Shown here one piece after another: positions 24,776-37,556 of a stretch of 64,000 bases of DNA; within the stretch, counting starts at the first letter, position 1, and the number at the start of each line of letters is the position of its first letter. The notes under the pieces were generated by a model. That model was not told the DNA's origin. It did no database searches and was given only the letters and a program-made list of their open reading frames with translations. The translations under genes were made by a program, and so were the position numbers. Source of the DNA: Felis catus (taxonomy: Eukaryota); assembly GCF_018350175.1 (NCBI RefSeq), contig NC_058382.1, forward strand, positions 52,020,001-52,084,000, in the 5' to 3' direction.

Positions 24776-27700
24776 TGTTGGGGAGAAGTGAGTCTTATGA
24801 CAAAGAAAAAAATATCAGGGAGAATTAAGTCTTACGACAAATAAAAAAGCAAATGTTGTTCAATGTTGACTTTATTATTTGCCTAAATGTTAGTATTGGG
24901 TCTCAGAGTCCATATGTTGGCAGGATGGCTTTGTTTAGAGCCTTTGACAAGTATCTGCTTATTGCTAGGGTTTCTGGGTAGCTATCTGAATTCTGTCTTG
25001 AGAAATTTAACCAGATTTTTAGTGCTGGGCAGTGCAGCGACTATTAGTATGGACGTTACAAAGATTATTCTCTGTGCACACAGTGGATGCAACGCCTGTT
25101 GAATTTGACGTATTCCCTATGTCTTTTGGGAAACGTTAAACACTTCTCTCCTTAGTTTCTTCTAACCTTTTTTCTTCATCGTGGCAATTGGTATGAGAGT
25201 TTTCTCTTTCTTTGCTTCTGTTATTCAAAGCACATCTCTGGCTCATCTCTTCCTTCTCTGTTTAGTTTCGTATTTTACTTTAATCTTTCTGTACACCAGT
25301 ATCTGTCATTATGGCATTTAAGCTCTTGGAAGAATTTGGCAGTTGCTGACTTTTGGGGAAAATAAAGCACTCGACTGTTACACTGTTCTGCTTACGCTGA
25401 GTTAAAAATTCATATTATTTGGCTAAGATTGTGATGATTTAGGTGCCGCCTGTAATTAATACAAGGAAGGTTTTCCTTGCTGTTGAGAGTATAACTTTGG
25501 TTTTAGAAAGCTTGGTTGTATTTTTTTTTCCCATGGTAGATATGAAAAGAACCAGAGGGTATGAGGATATTTATAATGTTGTCATGCAGTGATTCTACTG
25601 TGAAGACTTATGCAAGAGAAAAAAATCCGGAAGAGAGCGTGAAAGCGAAGCAGGAGGAAGCTTCCGGTGACCTACAGCGCTGAGGGCACAGCGAGAATGG
25701 CAGAGGGCAGAAATGAGGCACACGTGGAAGAGGTGTTGTCCGCACCGTGAAGAATCCGAACGCTGTAACAACACAGACCCTACAGCGTAGACAAACCTGG
25801 CTCCCGCGGTACTCTGGCCTTGCTGGGAAATGGAGGGTCCAGACTGTATGCCCAGGCTTCCCCCCCTGGAGTGGAGGAAAAGGCATCCGTGCGCCACAGC
25901 TCGGGAATAGTTCTTTACCTCTCAGGGTGTGGGCGGGTACAGTACAGCGTGCCAAAAGCGCACCCTGACTTTGAATGTTTGGTTTGCAGCGTGACGCTAG
26001 CCAGCTCCACCGAGGTTGACCAGATGTAGGGGAAGGTCTCTTTCCAAGAAGGGTGGGCTTTAGCTTCCTTCACAAAGAACATCGGAATCAGCGTGTGAGT
26101 TTCTTATAGATGCATAACTGAGAGACACGTGGTAGGGAGAATCTGGATATTTCTGCTGTGCCGTCGCTGAAGGTTTATCCCAACTGAGGACGCTTTGCTC
26201 AGACATTAGAGTTCGGCTCTGTGGGGTTCCGTTGATTTGATCGCAGGAGATTCTTCTGCTCTGTGTCCTGAGATTTCTTTCTTGCAGCCACGGCATTTGT
26301 CTGAATCAGGCTTTCTTTTCTTGCTGCTAAATGTTTCAGTTATCAATAAGCTAAAAGAATAATCTCCAAAAGATAACACTAAGGAAAATGAGATTTGTAG
26401 GCAACGTCTGTCTGATTCCTTTCTACTTGATGTGAATTCTTTTAGAAGTTGAACATATAAGCAATGTGTGCATTTATGTGACTATTGAGATCTCTACAGT
26501 AGAGAATTCACCTGTGCAACTGGAATTTATTCAGCATGCAAATGTGGGTGGATGATTGTTTTATATATGCCTGGTATTGAATGATGGGTAGCTGTGATAA
26601 CTGTATATAAAATTATATTAAAGTCCAAGAGGTGCTTTTATGAGGCAGGCTGGAAACGGCATCCGATTTTCTTATGGCTTTTTCATGTCCATTTTGATGA
26701 ATCTATTTATTACTTCTATAATGAGTAGTACACATGGTTGGTTAGCCAAGTTATTGAACTTTATCAACCTTGGCTAAAATTCACAATGCGTGCCAAACTT
26801 GTTGTAACATGTAAGAAATTACATCTGGGCTAAAAGCTTCAATAATGATTACTCTTATAATGGAATCTTTTACAAAGCACGGGATTTCATGATACGCCTG
26901 TGCTTTTTAAAAATTATAGCGATACAACGAAACAAAGAATAACATACAGCCGAGGGAAAAAAGTGTTCTCTTATAGATTCAGATTTATGATGGGCTTTTT
27001 GGACTCCCAGGACATGGTGAGAAAGGCTCTTGTTCCCCGAGTGTGTACGTTGGTGGTCACCCCTCACACATCCCTCCTTCTAGACCTTACTAGAGCTAGT
27101 CTCCATCATGTGACGTGTGAACACTTCTGGGTCTAGGGGCAAAGACCTATTAATGTGCTGTTGTGTCACATCTGTTTATAAGTTCTAAACTGTTTTGAAA
27201 TGTGTAGCCACACTCTCTTTCAATTCCAGAGACTTGAGGAACATAGACCTCTTTATGCTAAAGGGAGAAATCGGGGCACAGATTGGTCTGCTGGCCCCTT
27301 AAAGAGGTATTGAGGTCCGGAGCAAGTCACACACTGTCCCCTTCCCGAGTTTTGAGGGAATTGAGACATCGGACAGACGATGAGGCACACGGAAGACTAA
27401 AGTGTCACCTCAGCAACTGGTCCAGTGGATACTGGAGAGCACGGTTTATATGTGTGGGCTGGTAGGCTTTCTCATCCTGAACCCCAGAATCGGATGGGGT
27501 GATGGGTCAGCGCTGGACACCGCTGGACCTCCAGCGAGGGCAGGGTCCACCCCTGCAGCGTGCAGCTGCCGCACAGCAGAACAGGGTGTGTGGTTTCTGT
27601 AAGAGGACGGGAGAGGCGGTGCCGTGTGGGTGCAGTCCTCTCCGATTTCCCAGCCACGGGGGTTGTACCGCCTCCCCGGGCAGGGGCAAGTGAGGGCAAC

Positions 27701-27835
27701 ACTGAGGGGCCCGGGTGTTAACACAGACGGAGGCCCCTTCCCCCAGAAAGACACATCTGAAATGGGAATGCTATCCCCCCCGCCCCTGTCCCCTGCCCTC
27801 CAGCAATAAAACACTAGTACGGTTAAAATTACTGC

Positions 27836-28063
27836 TTTCCTTAATTAAAAATTTTTCATTTTATGTGCTTGCTTTGGCCGCACATATACTAAAAATTTTT
27901 TATTTTAGAGAGCGTGTGCATGCGAGGGGGGAGGGAGAATCTTAAGCAGGCTCCATGCTCAATCTGGAGCCTGATGTGGGGCTCATTCCTATGACCCTGG
28001 GATCGTGACCTGAGCCGAAATCAAGAGTCTGATGGTCGAGTGACTGAGCCACCCAGTCGCCCT
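27836..28063 (-). mobile_element. Older Can-SINE whose tail is interrupted by the U6 fragment
   Basis: gagaatcttaagcaggctcc...ggggctc...ctgagccgaaatcaagagt...gagccacccagtcgccc. Confidence 0.85.
27865..27894 (+). pseudogene. 3'-truncated U6 snRNA retrocopy (U6 nt 1-30)
   Basis: GTGCTTGCTTTGGCCGCACATATACTAAAA vs U6 GTGCTCGCTTCGGCAGCACATATACTAAAA: 27/30, two mismatches are CpG decay; flanked by 17-bp near-identical direct repeats. Confidence 0.85.
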
Positions 28064-28105
28064 AATATGGTTTAAGTTATTAAACTTTAGGAAAATCAGA
28101 CTCTT

Positions 28106-28331
28106 TTTTAAAAAAAAAAATTTTTTTTAACATTTATTTATTTTTGAGACAGAGAGAGAGAGAGCATGAACAGGGGAAGGTCAGAGAAAGAGGGAGACAC
28201 AGAATCTGCAACAGGCTCCAGTCTCTGAGCTGTCAGCCCAGAGCCCGATGCGGGGCTCGAACTCACAGACCGCGAGATCGTGACCTGAGCCGAAGTCGGA
28301 CGCTTAACCATCTGAGCCACCCAGGCGCCTC
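28106..28331 (-). mobile_element. Can-SINE with 17-bp TSD (1 mismatch)
   Basis: aggaaaatcagactctt 28089-28105 and aggaaagtcagactctt 28332-28348. Confidence 0.95.
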
Positions 28332-29242
28332 AGGAAAGTCAGACTCTTAACACACACGAGTATCCACAGCCCACTCCCTGGTTTTCTTTCAGATTATGAG
28401 CCTTGCTCTTTTCTTACATAACTAGACACAGTGTTCTTTCTTTCTTTCCCTTTTTTTTTTTCTTTTTTGGAACTTCTGTTACTTTCCAACTTGCTGACTC
28501 TGGGGCCTCAGACTTTCTTCCTGTCTTCTTAACCCCTGAGTCTCAGTGTCGTCATGTACGAGTGGGTACCATGACACCAGCTTCACAGAGCTGGAGAATC
28601 CAGTGAGATGAGATGAAAAGCACCCAGCGTGATGTGGTGGCTGTCACCTTGTATCGCTCACCATGAGTCACCTCATCTATTGTTTTGTCTCCAGGACTAA
28701 GTTTCACGTTTATCTTTAAAAAAAAATTTACCACGGATAATTTCACATGGATGCCGACGCACAGAGGGTCACAGTGTTTCTTAAGAGGTAAAAAGGAACT
28801 GGTTTAAGATGCACACTTGAATGAAATAGGGAAGAAAAATCACTTGAGTTTCAAATGAATGAACCAGCTTACCGGGGCGCAGTTCCACAGCTGGCCGCCC
28901 CACCATCTCTGGTCCACTTGGGGAGTTCGATAAATATTTGCCTGTGTTGTTCAACTGCCCCTCGGTAGCATACAAAATTGCTAATGGAGGGTAGTGAAAG
29001 GGCTTGTGCAAAGCCGTGGTTGTGTGTGCTCCATGTGGACAGTATTCAGACTTGTGGCAGAACAGAGTAAAGCAGGCCTGTGCGTTCCCACATCCGTTTG
29101 GCCCGAGACCTTTTCCAGAGCACGTGAGCATCACAAACAGCACGGGAGGAAGTGAAAAGCACCGAGCAGGTCAGCGAGCCACTGCTAGGGGCGGGGAGCA
29201 TGTCCCACTGCAGGGAAGCAAGAATTCTTTTGAACAAATCAG

Positions 29243-29459
29243 TTTTTTTTTAAATTGTTTTTCAATGTTTATTTTTGAGAGAGAGAGAGAGAGAGAGTGG
29301 CGGCAGGGGAGGGGCAGAGAGAGAGGGAGACACAGAATCCGCAGCAGGCTCCAGGCTCTGAGCTGTCAGCACAGAGCCTGACGTGGGGTCGAACCACGAA
29401 CCGTGAGACGACCCAGGTTGAAGTCGGACGCTTAACCGACCGAGCCACCCAGGCGCCCC
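29243..29459 (-). mobile_element. Can-SINE
   Basis: Typical body; degenerate TSD tgaacaaatcag / tgaacgaatcag. Confidence 0.94.
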
Positions 29460-30829
29460 TGAACGAATCAGCTTTTTCCAAGTGGCCGAAGGGATGGAAG
29501 TGGTTTGGAAGACTGTTTCCTGGACGGTGGTCTGAGAGGCTGGCTCCACCATCTTTCGGAGAGCTGGTGGTCGCGCTGCAGAAACATTCCGAGCAGCCCA
29601 CAGCAGCACCACTCCCTCTGCTAATGCTGCCGGAGCCAGCCCAGCTTTGCTGACAGCACAGTGTGCCTTTTAATTATTCTGTCTTCGGTGAAATATTTCT
29701 TTTAAATTTTATTAAATTCACTTCTCATATTAAGAGCCGTGCTATTACACTTGCCAACGGACGTTTACAACATGCAACTAATTTGTTTTATTTTTTTATA
29801 ATGCTTAATTAGAACTCAGTTGAGCAGTAAAGATGTGCGTGATGTGGTTAGCCCAAGATAGGGCTGTGAAAACAAAAGGGGAAAGGAGGATCAGAGACTG
29901 AGTCCTGCCCTGACTTTTCAGCAGGCTCCAAGTGCACATTCCTTGTGGGTTTTGGTCCTCCCTAGCTTGGAATATGGAGGGACACGGGTAAATGTCTCCG
30001 GATTTAATTGAATCTCTGCCGCCCCCCCCCCCAAGTAAAGATATGGTAAGAATCCATATCTCTTTGATTGAGTATTTTTCAGAATAGTTTATTTTTTTTC
30101 CCTGTATGATAATAAAACACATTAGGGGGAGCCCACTCTGAGATGTCAGCAGGCGTCTGCTTGACTTCAGTAGCAATCACCCAACTGCCATAGACCGTAA
30201 TCAAGCTTGCGAAAACCATGTGCTCCACGCTGCGGGAGAGTGAGAGTAAAGTGCTTAATGTACCACTCCACTGATGTGAAAGGGGAACACATGTTGAAAA
30301 CGGGGCTTCTGAATTGCAATCATCGTTTGGCATCTCGATTACCTACAGCTGCTCAGAGAAGTTTCTGCCGTGCGACGTTCCTTGCAACCCCTTAACCTTT
30401 GCAGGAGGAAAGGCTCTGGGGCAGACAACCCGTTTGTTCATACCTTCGGGTGGCTGAAACTTTCATGGTTTGTTGCAAAGAAAAGTAAACAATCCCGGTG
30501 ATCAGACCACCTGTGGAACATTGTGTTCATTTCTGATTGGAGCCGCGGACCTGCTGAGGGCTCGCAAAGTCATCAGATCAAGTCCCAGGAGCACCTGTTC
30601 ATCGGTGGAGGCGGAGGTCTACGTAACTTAGTTCTTGCAACAGCTCTCCGGGAGCGGGAGCAACAACCCGGCGTCCTTCAGGGAACAGGATTGGGGACCG
30701 ATGGACAGTATTCTACAAGGAAGCAGCATTCAACTGGTTAGAATTGGGGGTAGGGGGCTTTTCCGTGGACTCTGGTTTTATAAAACTAAGGAGGTTTTCT
30801 ATACTGCAAATGTTTTAAGAGGTTTTTAA

Positions 30830-31330
30830 ATCTTAGCTTGGGCTCCCCCCTGAAGCAGAACCTGAGACAAAGGTTTATCTGTGGATAATTTGGGACATGA
30901 TTTCAGAGAACTCAAGTGAGGGAGGAGAGGACTAGACAAGGAGGGAGGGAGAGGTGGGGTAGGGATGTGTCACCGAGTTGGGCGAAGCCGTGGGCCACTA
31001 GCATTCAGCTCGTGGACTTGCGGAGGAACCTTCTGAGGTGCCTCTCAGAGCTGTCTGCCCGCAGAACGAAAGGGAAGACGTTTGTCCGCCGGCCTCCACC
31101 CCCACCACACGAGGGTGGCCCTGTAGGTACTATGCCCCAGCATTTTGGGGTTGCACGTGGCTGAATCCCAAGCTGTTCTGTGCAGGTGCGCTGTGCTGCC
31201 GGGTCAGGGAAACGCCACCCTGCCGCCCCGGGTGAGTCTGTCCAGCTGCCTGGCGTGGGCTGGTGGTTGCAGCAGCGGCCGGAGCAGAGTCGGACTGGGA
31301 TACGTGCAAGTGTCAGGGAGGGACCCAGTA
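30830..31330 (-). mobile_element. LTR16-like ERVL LTR (diverged)
   Basis: tcttagcttgggctcccccctgaagcagaacctgagacaaagg...tttggga resembles the LTR16 terminus; right boundary uncertain. Confidence 0.55.
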
Positions 31331-31489
31331 CGGTAGTACGGTGCACCCTGCACCATTACCGAGTTTCTTGTGCTCCAAAAACCACCGCCAGCCAACCCTC
31401 CCCCCCCCCCCCCCCCCCCCGCCCCGGCCCAAGGTTAAAAGGCTGTCAGGGATATTGATCAGTCCCATTTTGGGAAGAATCCTCCACTG

Positions 31490-31928
31490 TTGTCTTCGTT
31501 GGCTTGGGCTTTGGCAGCAGCAGGAAGTTATTTCCCGGTTCCGGAGGCTGGAAGTGTGCTGTGCAGGTGTGGGCAGGGCCCTGCTCCCTCTGAAACCTGA
31601 AGTGGGCAGATCCTTCCTCGACGCTTCCAGCTTCCGGCTGCCACAGGCGGTTCCTGGCTCTGGCAGTGGAACTCGTCTCTTTCTCATCTTCCCTCGATGT
31701 GCTTGCTCCCTGCGTCCCTTCCCGTCTGTGTCTGTCTCCCGGTCCAAGTTACCCCTTCTTGCAGGGACACCAGTCATACCAGATTAGAGCCCACACTAAT
31801 GTTCTGATTTTGACTCGATCGACTTCTGTAAAGGCCCTATTTCCAAATAAGGTCACATTCTGAGCTCCTGGGGTGGGGTTTAGGGCTTCAGTGTACATTT
31901 TTTGGAGTGACATGGTTCGACCCATTAA
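31490..31928 (-). mobile_element. MLT1-type MaLR LTR
   Basis: ttccggaggctggaagt...ggacaccagtcataccagattagagccca...ccctatttccaaataaggtcacattctgag. Confidence 0.8.
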
Positions 31929-32483
31929 AAATCGGGCTGTAGAAGAGGCATTGCTTCTGGTATTGGTGCTGCCCAGGCGTTGGGGACCTTTGACAACTAA
32001 TTCTTTTGACAGATACTTACTGAGTGCCTAGCTCTGTTCTAGGATCTGGGGTTACATCAGTGAACAAAATATATCCGCCCCCCCCCCATCTCTGCCGCCG
32101 CCTCCGTGGAGCTTACTTTCTTATGGGGAATGATTTTCAAAAGTAGTTGTTCTTTTGCCTTGTTTTTATCACCCGTTAGGAAGCAAGTGGGGAATTGCTT
32201 GCTTTCCAATAACAGAACAGGCTGCCGGGAGCAAACGAGTTCCTGGGCACAGAGGTGTGCGTCAGCCCAGGCTGGGCGGCTTCTTCCTGAGGACGCTGCG
32301 GAGACAGTTTGAGTGTCATGTAGGGATTTGGACTCTTAACGGTTAAGGCCCCTGATGCTGGAGATGGGATGATTGCACAGTGGACTTGTTCTGAGGCTCG
32401 GTCTATTTTGTCAAGTACACAGTACTCGACTTCTTTCTGTTTACCTTTCAGGGGAACAAACAAAATGTTTTCACAGCTTTCTG

Positions 32484-32518
<35 letters not shown>

Positions 32519-34429
32519 ATTCCAGGCCTCTGTCCTCCTTTGAGAATGTCCTGGAACCTCTGGCCCCTTTCCACAGGGGGAAGAAAAATACATTCGTACC
32601 TGGGCGCTTGTGTGCAATTTTGGGGGGAAGAAATAGACACTGAATTATGAAATCCGGGTACTTTTAAGGAGCTATAATCATTAGTAGCAGGTAAATAGAG
32701 ACCTGCTTTGGAGAGTGCTTTTATTCGTAAAAAAAAAAAAAAAAAAGTCATTGAGTTGAATAGAACTAGAAATAAAATATGCCTAGAGATGTTTCTGTTA
32801 CCTTTTTATTATAATGATTACTTTTCTGATGGAAATTTATCAGCATGTAATTAGTATAGAATTATTGATTTCAGAATTATCCTGTGCTGAACAATGGAAA
32901 TTTCCTAAGTAACTGTCAGGTAATGAAAAAAAAAAATCAGTTACTGACAGGCTGTCATAGTTGAATCTAAAACCTAGGGGCAAAATACATATATTTTATG
33001 TAGTTTCCATTTCTAGACCCTGGATTTCTAAATTCTTCCTTATAAAATTTTAAATTTCTTTTTTTATTTGTTTGAAAGATACCCTCCCCCCAATTATTGA
33101 TTTCTCTTTTTAAATAATCTCTTAATAGATTCTATTTTCACAGTGAAGGTGATTATAAAATTCCTCTTTTGGTGGTCGGTAGATGTCCCTAATTTAAGAA
33201 AACTAGAAAGATTTGGTATGAGAGCTGAACATCTAAGACCTGCCGTATAGGGTCTTAGTGACGGAAGGCATGTGGTAAATGTTTATGGAATTACGTTGGC
33301 ATTGTAGTACTTCCAACAGCTTTTGAAAGTGTCATAGTTACTGCTTCTGTGGATATAGAAATTAGTCCAATATTATGTGACGGAAAACTAATGTTCATTT
33401 ACTTTAAAACAAAACTGTGTAGCAATGTGTTAGAGCCACAGCGGCCCCTCTGCCAAGTGCTAAGTAAATGCAATGAAAACATTTGTAAAAACAGTCTCAC
33501 GCTGCAAAAGAGCTACGAATGCCAGGTACCCCGTAGTAGCTGGATGTTCAAAGACACCTGGCTTGTCAGTGTCACGACTGTTTTTATGGTGTCTTGTGGA
33601 TCACTCACCTTGGACGTGATCACCTACCTGGCACGCTGGAAAAGCACGGTTTTGACTGTTTGTTCCCTGTAGAACTTTGCTCGAAGTCATGATGTAAATG
33701 AACTGTTTTCTTTGATATACAGTGTTGCGCTACTTTTTCCAGAAAGATGGAATCAATACTGTTGACGATAATGGAGGTTTGCATTTTTTCTAATTTCTTA
33801 TTTAGGCTGATCTGAGCAAAGATGTTCAAATTTCCATTTATTTTAAACAAGATGGAGTTCTTGCTATGCAGAAAGAATATTTTTAGCTTAGTAATTTACT
33901 TAGAAACTGCCTTATTCAATATTGGATGTTAAATTTGAACTAAAACACATAGCATCATATGACATGGTTCTTACATTAACATTTTGTTGGATTGGAAACA
34001 GAATCAACTCATTAGTCATCTTAATTCATTTCAGTTGGCTTTCTCCAGAATTCTGGAGTCCAAAAACAACACATTTGTCAATTTTACACACAAAGGGAGA
34101 GGCAGGATGTAGTTTATAGTTAACCATCCAGCACTGCAATGAAAAGCCAGTGCAGTTATAGTGAGTTGAATGAAATTCAGAGTGAGGCAGTATAATAAGA
34201 TTTTGATGCAAATTGAATACTTAAAAAATTTGTTTTATATATGTCTTAATGAGATTCTCTTTCACAGATACTTTCATAGAATCTTGAAAACTATCTAAAG
34301 TTCAGTTTTCTGTCATTGTTATCCACACGGGTTCTAGAAAGGTCAAGGTCAGCCACATGTCCTTCCATACTTTGTTCTCGTTTGCCTTCACGCAGCTTGG
34401 AATTGAATGTTGAAAGTGCATTGTCTCCT

Positions 34430-34570
34430 CTGGGGGGTCAACAGCTAAAGTATGGCGCATGGATCAAAACCAGCCCTCCCCTGCCTACTTTTGTTAATAA
34501 TGTTTTATTGGAACACAGTGATGCCCGTCATTTACACTTTGTCTATGGCTTCTTTCATGTTTTAATAGAC
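34430..34570. mobile_element. MER58A-like fragment
   Basis: ctgcctacttttgttaataatgttttattggaacacag...tgtctatggct. Confidence 0.65.
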
Positions 34571-34869
34571 TAGAATTGACAAAGTTTGCAAACCACAGGT
34601 TTATCTTATTAACGCGTTTCTCGTATAAGGATTTCTCCGGCAAAATTTAAGAGTTGTTAAGAAAGTAAAGCTCATCTCTTCTAAAAATTTGATATGCTTT
34701 TTCTCATTTAATAAGGGAGGGCATTATAAAGTATTCTATTTCCTCTCATTACCTTGGTTGCCAGGAAGCTCGAGCTAACATTTTTGAATGCTCACATAAG
34801 TAGTCAGCTTACTCTAGTTCTCTGGGAGATCACCTTTTTCTTTTTTTTTCTTTCTTAATAGGGGCATAT

Positions 34870-35100
34870 GCATTCACTTAAAAAACAGCTTTTTGAAGTA
34901 GAAGTTTCACGTAACAAAGGTCACACGTTTTAATTGTGCACGTGACCTTTGCAAATGTGTACATTCCAGCAATCCACTACCATAATTAAGATACAGAACA
35001 TTTACATCTCCACAGAAATTTTCTTTCTGCTTCTTTGCCCCACCAATTTGTTATTCTACCCCTTGTCCCTAGCAACCTCTGGTTTTCAAGTTAGTTAAAA
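34870..35100 (-). mobile_element. Old L1M 3' end fragment
   Basis: aacagctttttgaagtag...aatccactaccataattaagatacagaacattt...cccttgtccctagcaacc. Confidence 0.6.
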
Positions 35101-35444
35101 TTCCTGTGTTGTATGTGGGTGTTTATAATATACTGCTCTAAATGCTTTTTTGGAAGGAATTGGCACTAGTGATTAATTGTTGAATAGGTACTAGGGAGGG
35201 TAAGAATCATTTATTCTATTTAGCCTCCTGGACAGATGTTTAGATTTCTATAGGAAAGTTTGAGATATAAATCACATGGAGGGCGTTTTAGCTAATGTTG
35301 TATTAATAATAAGCCTGATGTGTTGAGAGCTTGCTGCCGGCCGAGAACTCTGCATAACTCATTTGATAGTCCTACAACTCTGAAGGAGTAACCTCTTCTT
35401 AATAATCCCCTTGTACAGATGAAGAAACTGAGGCTCCTAGAAGT

Positions 35445-36365
35445 TAAATATAGTAATTTCCTGGGGCAGCTGTAACAACGTGCCAGAGAGTGGGTGGCTT
35501 AAACAGTTCTGGAGGCCAGGAGTCCAAAATCAAGGTGTTCACAGGGATGGCTTCTTTTGAGGGCTGTGAGGGAAGGGTGTGGTCCAGGCCTCTCTCCCGG
35601 GTTTGCATGTGCTCCACCGGTGTCCTCCCTGTGTGCACGCTGGGTCCACATTTTTACCAGTCACAGTGGATTAGGGCCCACCCTGATGACCCCACTTGAA
35701 CTGATTACCTCTGCAAAGACTCTATCTCCAAATAAGCTCACATTCAGAGATACTGAGGGTTAGGACTTTAGCATACGAATTTTTTTTTTCAATATATGAA
35801 ATTTATTGTCAAATTGGTTTTCGTACAACACCCAGTGCTCATCCCAAAAGGTGCCCTCCTCAATACCCATCACCCACCCTCCCCTCCCTCCCACCCCCCC
35901 CCCCATCAACCCTCAGTTTGTTCTCAGTTTTTAAGAGTCTCTTATGCTTTGGCTCTCTCCCACTCTAACCTCTTTTTTTTTTTTTTTTCTTCCCCTCCTC
36001 CATGGGTTTCTGTTAAGTTTCTCAGGATCCACATAAGAGTGAAACCATATGGTATCTGTCTTTCTCTGTATGGCTTATTTCACTTAGCATCACACTCTCC
36101 AGTTCCATCCACGTTGCTATATTTCGTTCTTTCTCATTGCCATGTAGTACTCCATTGTGTATATTTCATTCTTTCTCATTGCCATGTAGTACTCCATTGT
36201 GTATATAAACCACAATTTCTTTATCCATTCATCAGTTGATGGACATTTAGGCTCTTTCCATAATTTGGCTATTGTTGAGAGTGCTGCTATAAACATTGGG
36301 GTACAAGTGCCCCTATTTAGCATACGAATTTTGAGGTGGGGATGGGGGGCACAGTTCAACCCAGA
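35445..36365 (-). mobile_element. MLT1-type MaLR LTR split by a younger L1 insertion
   Basis: MLT1 sequence 35445-35783 (cagttctggaggccaggagtccaaaatcaaggtgt...ctctgcaaagactctatctccaaataag) resumes at 36333 (...ggggcacagttcaaccc). Confidence 0.8.
35784..36315 (-). mobile_element. 5'-truncated young felid LINE-1 (L1_Fc type): ORF2 C-terminus and 3'UTR
   Basis: Minus-strand peptide GTCTPMFIAALSTIAKLWKEPKCPSTDEWIKKLWFIYTMEYY is the L1 ORF2p C-terminus; perfect 17-bp TSD tttagcatacgaatttt at 35767-35783 and 36316-36332. Confidence 0.96.
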
Positions 36366-36819
36366 ATATTCAGCAGCCTTTTCAAGGCTCAAAGGCTTCC
36401 AGAATGTGACAGAGGCAGGAGCCTAACTCCGGTGGGTCTGACTCCAAAGAGTAACCCTGATGGGACATTGGTCAGAAGAGAAGGCATGTAAATAATTTCC
36501 TGCCGTGAGATTCATGAGATTCCCAGGGGTGGGGACCAAGGCTCAGAGAGAAAGTGGACGGGCTTTGCCTAGGAGGAATCTGCAAGGGACTTTAGAGGCA
36601 ATCAGGTCCCAGGGTCCAGTGTTCACCCTTCCACTTTACTAGCTGTTGGACCTTGGCTTTTCTGAGCCTCAGTTTTCTTGTCTGTACAATAGGGGTAGTG
36701 GTAGCCTTGCGCAGCCACGGCGTTGGGAGTTAAATGGGACCTTGATGTAATAGTGCGTACGTGTGAAACACTAGACAGCATGTGTTGTTAGAGAAGGGGA
36801 GTTCTGGGCGTTAACGAGA

Positions 36820-36990
36820 CTGGAAGTTGTCAACCTTGAACAAGCATCTGAAGGCCCCAAAGGGCTCATTAGAACCCAGATCACCGGGCCCAGCACCTAC
36901 CCAGCTCTCTGCTGCAGCAGGTGTGGGTGGGCCTGAGAATATGCATTTCTGAGTTCCCAGCTGATGCTGCTGCCACTCGTTGAGTGGCAA
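36820..36990. mobile_element. MER5A-like fragment
   Basis: gcagcaggtgtgggtgggcctgagaatatgcatttctgagttcccagctgatgctgctgc. Confidence 0.65.
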
Positions 36991-37196
36991 GGACTTAACT
37001 CTCTCTTGTTTGTGGATAATGTTCTTCAGTTTCCCAAGAGAAACCCCAAAGACAAGTCAGATTTCTGACCAATAGAAGTCTCATCTCCTCCACCTTACTC
37101 ACTTGCCTCGTTTAGGAATGACCTAAATTCTGATTTTACTTCCTGGTAGTTGAGGCCAGGAAGCTTCGGAGAGAGCTTATCTGGTCAAAAGCAGCA

Positions 37197-37556
37197 GTGT
37201 AGCAGTTTGCTCAGGTTGCCGTAACCAAATATCACAGACTGGGCGATTCAATGGCAGAAACGTACCTCTCATGGTTCTGGGGGCTAGACGGCCAAGATCA
37301 AGGTGCGGGCAGGCTTGGTTCCTCCTGAGGCCTCTCTGCTTGCCTCCTCCTTGCCTCACCGGGTCTTTCCTGTGTGTGTGCACACATCTCTGCCGCCTCT
37401 CTTCTCAGAAGAGCCCCAGGGGTATTTGGGTCAGAGCCCCACCCTCCTGACCTCCCACCCTCACCACCCCCTCAGAGGCCCCGTCTCCGACACAGTCGCG
37501 TCAGGGGTTAGGGCTCAAAGTGGGAATTCTAGGTAGACACAGTTCAGTCCATAACA
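37197..37556 (-). mobile_element. MLT1A-like MaLR solo LTR
   Basis: gtttgctcaggttgccgtaaccaaatatcacagactggg...ttcctcctgaggcctctct...gacacagttcagtccataaca. Confidence 0.8.

Noticed and set aside
31380..31430. Long poly-C run (also G/C runs at 2327-2340 and 24119-24131)
   Set aside because: Simple homopolymers with unreliable assembled length and no further structure.
33233..33258. 8-bp hairpin ctaagacc...ggtcttag
   Set aside because: Too short to exceed chance in 64 kb, in what looks like an L2-end relic; no miRNA-length stem.
36117..36392. ORF with L1 ORF2p similarity as a functional gene
   Set aside because: Only the extreme C-terminus of a 5'-truncated L1; no endonuclease or RT domain.
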